From positions 1 through 16,400 of the forward strand of contig JAWXBZ010000258.1 of assembly GCA_034440375.1 (NCBI GenBank): a stretch of 16,400 bases of DNA, written 5' to 3'. Shown here one piece after another: positions 1 to 8,100 of the stretch. Made by a program: the position numbers and the translations under genes. The stretch comes from Candidatus Eiseniibacteriota bacterium. GTDB taxonomy: Bacteria > Eisenbacteria > RBG-16-71-46 > JABDJR01 > JAWXBZ01. Positions within the stretch are counted from its first letter, which is position 1; each line of letters opens with the position of its first letter. The notes under the pieces are model-generated. The model was given only the letters and a program-made list of their open reading frames with translations. It had not been told where the DNA came from and ran no database searches.

Positions 1-1963
1 CGCGCCGCGTATACGCGGCCACGTCGGATAGAATGGCGTTTCCGATCTGCTCCGCCGAATCTCCCCGGCGGGCCATCCCCGTAACCAGGGCGATCAACCG
101 TTCGTCACCGTACAGGTCAGCCCCCTGCGGTGCCTCGGTCACGCCATCCGAAAAGACAACGAGGACATCCCCGCGCCGAAAGGGCTGACGTCCTTCGTTG
201 TAGTCATCGATATCCATCAGGCCGAGCGGCAGACCGGTTGCCTCGAGAAGGACGACGTCGTCGGCGGTCACCAGGAACGGTGGATTGTGTCCGGCATTGC
301 AGAAGACGAGTTCCTCTTCGCTGGGAGACAGGGTCGCGAGAAAAAAGGTGGCGAAGCGGCCGCGCTCGACGGCCGTGTAAAGCGATCGATGCATGTGACG
401 GGCCATGTCGGCCGGGCTGGAGCTGTTCCGGGCCTCCACGTGAAGCGAGGCCCGGAGGTGTGACATCAAGAGCGAGGCGGAAACACCCTTTCCGGAAACA
501 TCCCCCAGCGCCACCAGGAGATCACCGTTCGGCCGGGGGATCCAGTCGAAGTAATCTCCGCCGACTTCCTGCGCCGGCATGTTGGTTCCAAATACGTCGA
601 GATCGGGAAGGTCCGGGGCTTGCTGGGGGAGGAGCTTCTGCTGAATGTCGCGGGCTAGTTGCAACTCGCGGTCCTGTTCGCCGGCATGTCGTTCCACGAA
701 AAAGAGTCGGAAGCTGCCGAGCGTGGCATAGACCAGGAACGGCAGCGTGGCGGGGAGGACCGACGGCATGTCGAGACGTCCCAGGGCCAGGCTGAAGAAG
801 GCCGTGGCCTGCCAGGCGACGGCGATGATCAGGACGCTGACGGCAGCCTGCAGCAGCGGACGGGTCATGACCAGCCAGCCGATCAACACGGTCGCCAGCG
901 TCCACAGGATCAGGAAGGTCGGCAACGAGACATGGCGCAGGAATCGACCTTCGAGGAGGGCGTCCAGGGCGTTGGCATGAACGTATACCAGCGGCGTCTT
1001 GTTGCTGAACGGTGTGGTCCCGATGTCGGCGGCGGCCTCGCCCACGGCGGTGTTGCCGACCAGCACGATCCGGTCCTGGAACGCCCGGCGAAGCAGCGAA
1101 TCCTGCCCGGAGCTGTACCACTGGACGACATCGAGCATCGAGTACTGGTTGGGAAAGGCATCCGAGTCGCCCGCGAAGTCGATGGCGGTGCCTCCCTCGC
1201 CATCGACCGGCATCTCGAGCCGCTCGCCATTCGCCCAGATGACGATGATGCCCCCGGGAGATCGTTCCGCCCGTGGCGGCTCTCTCTCTCCCCTGGCAAG
1301 GCCGATCATTCGAAGGGAGAGGGCAGGATAGACCCGATCGCGAAATCCGACCAGGAATGGGAGCCGACGGACAGGGCCGTCCTGGTCGAGCAGGACCGCT
1401 ACGTGCCCCAGCGCGTGGGAAGAGAAGAGAAGATCCTCGAACGGAAGGGCGATTTCGCTGGTCTGCCAGATGGGCAGCCCGGGGTTGGGAAAGCTGTCCA
1501 GCTTGAGGCGGGCGGCCCGATCATCCGGCAGGAAGTGCTCCGCTTCCAGGTTCGAATCCCGGGGGGGGAAGACGAAGGCGTGGACAACATTGGGAAACTC
1601 ACCGGTCAGGAGGGCCAGGGTCGAGTCGTCGGCTGCGTCGACGCGGTCGAACAGGAGGAGATCAAGACCGATGACGGCGGCCCCACCCTCACCCAGCGCA
1701 CCGATCAGCACCGCGTACTGGCTTCGGGGCAGCGGCCACCGGCCATAGGCCTCGATGGTCCGGTCGTCGATGGTCACCAGCGCGATGCGTGGCGAAGCAA
1801 GCTGTTTGCCGCGCAGCAGGTACCGGCCATCCCGAATCTTGAGGTCGGCCGTGCGGAAGACCCCCCCGACATGAAGAAGGCTGAGGACGGCCAGGCAGGC
1901 GATGGCGACCACGGTCCCCGCGATCAGGTGACGCGGATTTCGGCGTGCTCCGAGTTGGGGCAC
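1..1963 (-). CDS. CHASE2 sensor domain + transmembrane helices + SpoIIE/RsbU-type PP2C serine phosphatase (3' end runs off the window)
   Basis: Not in the ORF track. Hand translation from GTG at 1963 (7 nt after the upstream stop) is open to base 2. N-terminal TM (LIAGTVVAIACLAVLSLL). CHASE2 motifs: IALVTIDDRTIEAYGRWPLPR, GAAVIGLDLL, LGHVAVLLDQDGPVRRLP, FQDRIVLVGNTA, GTTPF, VYVHANALDALL. About three hydrophobic helices follow, then RELQLARDIQQKLLP and SpoIIE motifs EVGGDYFD, LGDVSGKGVSASLLM, CNAGHNPP, GLPLG, VVFSDGVTEA. Confidence 0.93.
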   Translation of the reverse strand, partial: MPQLGARRNPRHLIAGTVVAIACLAVLSLLHVGGVFRTADLKIRDGRYLLRGKQLASPRIALVTIDDRTIEAYGRWPLPRSQYAVLIGALGEGGAAVIGLDLLLFDRVDAADDSTLALLTGEFPNVVHAFVFPPRDSNLEAEHFLPDDRAARLKLDSFPNPGLPIWQTSEIALPFEDLLFSSHALGHVAVLLDQDGPVRRLPFLVGFRDRVYPALSLRMIGLARGEREPPRAERSPGGIIVIWANGERLEMPVDGEGGTAIDFAGDSDAFPNQYSMLDVVQWYSSGQDSLLRRAFQDRIVLVGNTAVGEAAADIGTTPFSNKTPLVYVHANALDALLEGRFLRHVSLPTFLILWTLATVLIGWLVMTRPLLQAAVSVLIIAVAWQATAFFSLALGRLDMPSVLPATLPFLVYATLGSFRLFFVERHAGEQDRELQLARDIQQKLLPQQAPDLPDLDVFGTNMPAQEVGGDYFDWIPRPNGDLLVALGDVSGKGVSASLLMSHLRASLHVEARNSSSPADMARHMHRSLYTAVERGRFATFFLATLSPSEEELVFCNAGHNPPFLVTADDVVLLEATGLPLGLMDIDDYNEGRQPFRRGDVLVVFSDGVTEAPQGADLYGDERLIALVTGMARRGDSAEQIGNAILSDVAAYTRR

Positions 1964-1970
1964 GGCGAAG

Positions 1971-2657
1971 CTAGCGACTCCAGTAGAGACTTGACGGCGC
2001 GGCGGCGCTCTCGTCGCCGCGGGGTCCGGCCGATCGCCAGGCTTGCGGCGTTCGTAAGGCCTTGTCCCGGGGCTTGCTCGGCGCTTTGACCGTTGCGGAA
2101 TCGCCAGGAGCGGGCGATGCCGGCACCTGCCGGGAGGCCTCCATGAGAAGCGCACGGACAGAGGCCTTGCTGAGGGTTCCACCCTCGGCGGCACGCTCCG
2201 CCGGAGCATCGGCCGAATCGCCATGAATGGCCATCAGGGCCGTGGCCTGTTCCACCCCGCCGGCCATCTCGATGGCACGCGAGGCCTCGCGCAGAGCACC
2301 GGCCTCGTCTCCCGCGGCCATCAACGCCACCGAGTGATTGATCGTCACGCCGGCGTCGGTGCTGTCGATCCCCAGCGCCCGAACGTAGAAGACCAGCGCC
2401 ACGTCGACGTCGTTCCGGAGGAAGTAGAGGTTGCCGATATTGTTCAGGGCGCCGGCATCTTGTGGCGCCAGGGAGAGCTGGGAAAGAAACGCCGTCTCCG
2501 CCTCGTCCAGCCGGCCGCCAAGAGCCAGCGAGATGCCGTACTCCCCGACCACGCCGGCGGCATTGCCGTCCGCCGGCTGGTCACTTCCCCGGGCGACCGC
2601 GACGGTGATCAGTCCGGCCAGGATCATGAGCGCACCCGCTCGACGTGTTCGCTTCAT
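1971..2657 (-). CDS. Exported tetratricopeptide-repeat protein, paralog of the C-terminal module of the upstream barrel protein
   Basis: 228 aa ORF. Strong SD (GAGGAGG) overlaps the upstream stop codon. Signal-peptide-like N-terminus MKRTRRAGALMILAGLITVAVARG. About three TPR units (e.g. APQDAGALNNIGNLYF, DAGVTINHSVALMAAGD). Ends LYWSR. Confidence 0.88.
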   Translation of the reverse strand: MKRTRRAGALMILAGLITVAVARGSDQPADGNAAGVVGEYGISLALGGRLDEAETAFLSQLSLAPQDAGALNNIGNLYFLRNDVDVALVFYVRALGIDSTDAGVTINHSVALMAAGDEAGALREASRAIEMAGGVEQATALMAIHGDSADAPAERAAEGGTLSKASVRALLMEASRQVPASPAPGDSATVKAPSKPRDKALRTPQAWRSAGPRGDESAAAPSSLYWSR

Positions 2658-2667
2658 CTCGACCTCC

Positions 2668-5184
2668 TCATGGCTTCCAGTACAGGTACTCGCGGAGCGC
2701 GTCCTCTCCCGCCCGGGCGGCGGCCACGCGCACGCCCTGCGGTTGCGGCGTGACCGCCGGTCGTTCCGGCGACAGACTGTCGGACGAGGCGGCGACGGTC
2801 GGAACGCGCTTCACTGCCTCGCGAAGCAGGCGCCGCACCTCTTCGGACGTGAGCCGTTTCTGGGCGGCACGTTCGTCGGGACGAGCCGGGATTCGGAGGA
2901 GTCTGGCCGCTTCCTTGTAACCGCCGGACAGTTCCAACCCTTGCACGACAGGATCCATCGCCTGACCGGAATCGCCGATGACATACCGGGCCAGGCCGAG
3001 ATTCAGCCAGATTCCCGCGTCGCGACGTTCCGTGTCAATTGCCTCGGCAAAGTAGTCGATGCTCCGCTCCAGTTCCCCAACGGCGGCGGCCACGACTCCC
3101 AGATTGTTGAGCAGGAGGGCCGAACCCGGAGCTCCCTCCAGCGCGGTTTCGAGCTGTCGGCGCGCCGCCTCGTAACGCCCGGAGCGGTACAGGAGTTCGG
3201 CCACCGTGCTCGCCGCCTGCGGCGACACAGCCGACGTGGCAGCCCCCCCGAAGCGTTCGGCGAGGAACTCGCTCCGTCGCGATGCCATCGTCGCGGTCTC
3301 CGCCGCGAAGAGTTCGTCAAACTTCCCGAGACGACCAAGGAACGCGGTCGAGGGTGTGCCGGGGAGTTCCGCCGGCAGGAAGGCGGCCTGCGAGGCCGCG
3401 ACATCCACCGTGTTGACGACATCCCGCGCCCGCCACGAGGCGTAGCTTTCGGCCCCGGCCGTCCAGGCCCCGGCGAAACCACGCGAGATCAGCGTGGTTT
3501 CGAGCGGAATCCAGATGGTCTCGTTCTCGACGACGTAGAGCGACTCGTCGACCGGAAGTCCCAGCCGGTTTCGCTCATGAACCCCCGAGTCGAACATGAG
3601 AAAGATATGCCCCGGCACGTCCACGAATCGAGTAGCGATCCCGAGGTTTTCCAGCAGGGAGCAAACCAGCACCGTGGTGTCGTCGCAATCGCCCACGCCG
3701 CTGGCCAGCGTTTCCCGTGGATAGTGGATCGTGTCGACGGCCCGCGATTCTTCCGAAATGGTCGCGAACGGATTGCTCGGGTCGGGAACGTAGGCCAGGC
3801 CGAGCGCCTGCAGCGCCGAAATCACCGCGGCGGCGAAGGATAGATTGCGATTTTGGAACGGGCCCGTTCCCGCCCGGGCCGCCTCGCCGGCGACCTGCCG
3901 GGCCAGGGCGTCCACAGCTGGATCACGCGTGGTGACGAAGGCTGCGGCCTGCTCCATGCCGCCGCCCCAGTTGATCGCGCCCGGAGCGTAGGCCAGGCAC
4001 TTGGAGTTTCGCTTCTCGGTCCGCGAGAGCCGGGCGCTCTGATAGGACACCGACACCTGGACCGGAACCTGGCGGTCGCCGGCCAGCTTCATGACCTTGT
4101 CGGACAGCACGGCGGGCAGCTCGATATCCAGCGAGGCTCGCGGCCTCAACAAGACTTCGGTCTCCGAGCGTTCATCCATCAGGTCGGGGAGCAGAAGCCC
4201 GACCCGGACCGTGAGCGGCGAGTCCTTGAGATTCCGCAGGCGCACGCGAGCCACCGGTTTCGTGTCGTACGACTTGTAGAGCGAGGTGTAGACCTCGTTG
4301 GCCTCCACCTGCTCGATTCGCACCTGGGCCGGATTGAAGTTGAAGGCAATGCCCAGATCGAAGTGGTTCGTCTCCCCCAGGTCGGGATGAAACTCGACGG
4401 CATAGTCAAACTTGATGATGCCCAGCCGGACGCCCGTGCCCGCGCTCCAGACGGTTCCCTCGGGGCCGCCGGTGTCATCCTGGAACCCGGCTCGAAACGC
4501 CAGGAAATCGACCGGGGAATACTCGACTCCGGCGTGGAGGCGATCGTCCAGATCCATTGCCAGCAGCAGGGGCTGGAACGGATTCCATGCGGCGGCCAGG
4601 CGAAGACTGCTCGGGTAGACGACCGTCGAGCCGACGTCCGAGTAATCGAGGCTGGTATCCTGGAAATCCTGGAGGACGACGCCGAGACGGGCGTGCTCGG
4701 AGAGAACGGTCATGAGCCCGAGGTCGAGTCCAAACCCCCGGCCGCTGCCGAGCGTCACGCCGTCCAGTCCGATGTTCCGTGACAGGTACTTCACGTTGAC
4801 CCCGACCGCCACGCGGCGATGCAGTCGCTGCGACCAGGCCAGGTCGAGACGATTCTCTCCGAAGTCAAGTTCGTTATCGTCGTACCCGTTGCTGTACCAG
4901 TCGAAGGCCGCAGCCTGGTCAGGCGTGAATGGAACGACGGCACCGATCACGTTCTGCTTGAGTCCGGTGCCGTAAAGATTCGCATGGGAACCGACCAGCT
5001 CCTGGTGCCCGAGCTGGCACAGCCCGGCCGGATTCCAGAAGATGGCCGATGCGTCGTCGGCCACGGCCGAATAGGCGCCGCCAAGGGCGATGGCGCGCGC
5101 TCCCATCGCCACCTGTTCCCGGGCCGCGGCGGCGGGCCCGGCAGTCAGCGCGAACAGGCCGGCGATCAGGACCGGCCGGATCAT
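2668..5184 (-). CDS. PorV/PorQ-family outer-membrane beta-barrel fused to an Ig-like domain, a transglutaminase-like cysteine-peptidase domain and TPRs
   Basis: 838 aa. Signal peptide, then the PorV/FadL-like N-terminal motif MGARAIALGGAYSAVADDASAIFWNPAGL and amphipathic strands ending NHFDLGIAF (~aa 281). Transglutaminase-like core: PRETLASGVGDCDD (Cys500), DVPGHIF (His526), WIPLETT (Glu562). C-terminal TPRs (LLNNLGVV, IWLNLGLARY). ATGA overlap with the upstream gene. Confidence 0.87.
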   Translation of the reverse strand: MIRPVLIAGLFALTAGPAAAAREQVAMGARAIALGGAYSAVADDASAIFWNPAGLCQLGHQELVGSHANLYGTGLKQNVIGAVVPFTPDQAAAFDWYSNGYDDNELDFGENRLDLAWSQRLHRRVAVGVNVKYLSRNIGLDGVTLGSGRGFGLDLGLMTVLSEHARLGVVLQDFQDTSLDYSDVGSTVVYPSSLRLAAAWNPFQPLLLAMDLDDRLHAGVEYSPVDFLAFRAGFQDDTGGPEGTVWSAGTGVRLGIIKFDYAVEFHPDLGETNHFDLGIAFNFNPAQVRIEQVEANEVYTSLYKSYDTKPVARVRLRNLKDSPLTVRVGLLLPDLMDERSETEVLLRPRASLDIELPAVLSDKVMKLAGDRQVPVQVSVSYQSARLSRTEKRNSKCLAYAPGAINWGGGMEQAAAFVTTRDPAVDALARQVAGEAARAGTGPFQNRNLSFAAAVISALQALGLAYVPDPSNPFATISEESRAVDTIHYPRETLASGVGDCDDTTVLVCSLLENLGIATRFVDVPGHIFLMFDSGVHERNRLGLPVDESLYVVENETIWIPLETTLISRGFAGAWTAGAESYASWRARDVVNTVDVAASQAAFLPAELPGTPSTAFLGRLGKFDELFAAETATMASRRSEFLAERFGGAATSAVSPQAASTVAELLYRSGRYEAARRQLETALEGAPGSALLLNNLGVVAAAVGELERSIDYFAEAIDTERRDAGIWLNLGLARYVIGDSGQAMDPVVQGLELSGGYKEAARLLRIPARPDERAAQKRLTSEEVRRLLREAVKRVPTVAASSDSLSPERPAVTPQPQGVRVAAARAGEDALREYLYWKP

Positions 5185-8100
5185 CGCCTCACCACCAGGG
5201 TCTGGGTCCGCGACTCGTCACCGGATTCCACTCGCACGAAGTAGAGTCCGTCGGTAACGACGGTGCCGTCATCGTCCCGCCCGTCCCAGCGGAGCAGGTT
5301 GATCCCGCTGGTCATCGGCACCTGGTGCGCCAATTCCCGCACCATCCGTCCGGCGCGGTTGAAGACACGCACGGTGGCTTCAGCCGACCGGCCGAGCGTG
5401 AAACTGATGGCCACCTGCCCCGGCGAGCCGCCGTCCGGCGTGAAGACGCGCGGGATGACGATCGGCCTCGAGAATTCGGATCCCCCGTCGGGAGGTGAAC
5501 CCTCGGGGAAGAGGGCGTATCGGCCGGGCTGATCGATGATGCCGACGATGCTGCCACCCGAACCGGCCGGACTCCCACCGAGTCGACTCCAGGAGAGGCC
5601 CTGGTCGATCGAACGGTGGAGCGTGAGCGGTTCGGTGACCGGACTTCCCGGCGACAGCTCGACAACGCCGGCCTTTTCCAGGCGCGGGTTCCCCCAATCG
5701 ATGTCCCAGGCCACCACGGGTGCGGCCCCTTCCGCCGGCCCTCCGGATTCCGGCGCGGGCTGGATCGTGACCACCGCATCCAGTGAGAAAGCCCGGGGGG
5801 GAAAGTAGAGGTGAACCTCTCCCCCGGTTGTGTAGACATCTCCGCCGGTGAAGGCCGCTATCCGGACAGGGGTTGTCACGTTGGCGAAGGGCGCCTCGTT
5901 GTCGACTACCAGTGACAACTGCGCGATTCCCGTCAGGCCCAGCGTGTCCTCCACGACCAGCCGCATCTCGTAATTGCCGTCGGGAAATTTTTGCGTATCC
6001 CAATCGGCCAGCGGGCCGAGTTCGATTGGCTCTGATCCCTCGTCCAGCCGGGTGACGGAGGGCCCGTCCCATGATGAGTGTTCGGCGGGACGCAGCTCCA
6101 GCCGGTAGTGGCGGAAACGGGGATCGGAGGCGGTCCCACGGACGACCTGCGCTCCCTGCACGGCCTGCCCGAATGCCGGCGCGGAAATGACGGCCGGCGG
6201 CGGCGTGGCGTCGACTTCGAACTCGAGCCGGGCCGGCGTCGGGTCCGCGTTGCGACTCCAGTCGCGAGCCTCGACCTCGAACAGGTGCCTCCCATCGGCC
6301 AGACCGAAGAACTCGGTGGTCACGTTGGGTGTCCAGTTGGAGGACTGGCTGTCCAGTGCGGACCGGTATTCGACGTCGGCGACCTCTCCATAACCGGCGG
6401 CGAAGACGAAGCGGACGTTTCGCGTCGCGGAAATGGCCGGGGGCGTTGAGACAAACACCGTCTGGGGCGCCGTCTCGTCCGGATCGTATTGCGAGATGCC
6501 GGAAAAGCTGCCGAACCAGAGGCGACCCCGGACATCCTCGAGGAAGTGGGATATTTGATCCGATACGAGGCCATCGCTGGTCGTGAACCGGTTCCAGCCG
6601 ACTCCGTTGAATCGAGCCAGCCCACCGAACGTGGCCACCCAGACCGTTCCGGAGCGGTCTCCGAAGATGCGGGTGACTGGCGTGGAGCCGAGCACGTCTC
6701 CGGCGTGGAGTTCGTGCGCTCCGGAGGACGGGAGGCGAAGGGCACCGTTCGACAGTCCGACCCAGATGTCACCGGACATCGTGCGGTAGATCGCTTCGGC
6801 GTCCTCAGTCGTCAACGGGGAGCGGGTCACGACACCGTCCCGCCAGACGCCGAATCCCCCGGCGGCGGCAATCCAGACCTCCCCGCCGGGCGCCGGAAAG
6901 AGGGCGCGAACGTCGGTGGTCCAGAGTCCGTCGGCGGGACCGAGCGCAACCGGCCCGGATGCGCCCGGTGCCATCCGAAACAGCCCGTCGGAGGTGCGCA
7001 GCCAGATGCCACCCGTCGAATCCTCCTGGATGGCATAGACTTGGACGTCGTAACCCACGACCGAGCGCGACAGGAAGGGTCGCCACGTGCCCCCGGACCG
7101 GGCGGCAACGCCCGCCGCTGTGCCGACCCAGGCGGTGCCAGCGCGATCCTCGTGGAGGGAGAGGACATTGTCGTCGGGGAGTACTCCAGGTCCACGCCAC
7201 GCGGTCCAGGTCACGCGGTCCGATTCCAGGATTGACACGCCGGCATATCGGCCGAATCCCGACACGTTCCCGCTGCCGAACCAGAGGCGGCCGCCCGAAT
7301 CGAGGAAGACCGAGCTCAGGGAGTCGGACAGGGACCGGCCGGCCGCGCGACGAAGAAACGTCCACCGACCGGATCGATCCAGCCTGGCAGCTCCTCGATC
7401 AGAGGTGGCGGCCCAGATTTCGCCGAACTGATCCTCCACGAGCCCTTGGACGCAGTTGCTGGCCAGGATCGGCTGGATGCGGCCGCCCAGCGCGGGGCGG
7501 GGCGAACAGTCGCTGAACCCTTCCGGCGCGATGAACCCCTGGATGTCGACCCGGTCGTATCGGAACAGGCCATTCGATTCGGTTCCGACCCACAGGTTTC
7601 TCGATCGGTCGACGAGGAGGGAAAAGACGCGTCCGAGAGGAAGCCCGTCCGTGGTCGTGGAGTAGGTTCGCCAGGTGCGACCATCGAAGTGGTCGATGCC
7701 GCGCGTCCCCCCGAACCAGACGCCGCCGACCTCATCGACATGAATCGCCAGAACGGTGGTGTTACGAAGTCCGTCCGCCTCCTGGAAGTGCTTCCACTCG
7801 GGCACTCCCGCCACGAGCCGCCACCGCCAGGCCCCCTGGTCGGTTCCAAACCAGATCCCGCCGGAAAGATCTTCGGCCATGGCAAGAACACTGTCGCGCC
7901 CAAGACCGTCGGGGTCGGCGCGAAAACTCTCCCAGCTCAACCGGTCCGGAGCGAGACGGCCGACTCCCTCGGGCGTGGCCACCCACAGGAATCGTTGGCT
8001 GTCCTCGAGCAGCCGCCAGGCGTTTGGATGTACGAGGCCGCCGGATTCGGGCTGAAACGTGGTCCATTGGCCGCCAGCGGCCTCCCGGCGAACCAGGCCA

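Noticed and set aside
1561-1568. G8 tract (also C7 at 1861-1867, G7 at 5795-5801, C7 at 8632-8638) as phase-variation sites
   Set aside because: Short tracts are expected in GC-rich DNA and the reading frames are intact across the coding ones.
659-2089. 476-aa plus-strand ORF (also 130..795)
   Set aside because: Antisense shadow of the CHASE2-SpoIIE gene (659..2089 is in the same codon register); no recognisable motifs.
2640-2657. TRR in the TPR protein leader as a Tat signal
   Set aside because: Lacks the S/T-R-R-x-F-L-K consensus; more likely a basic Sec n-region.
2431-4782. Long plus-strand ORFs 2431..3843 and 3853..4782
   Set aside because: Antisense to the motif-rich PorV/transglutaminase gene; typical high-GC shadow ORFs.
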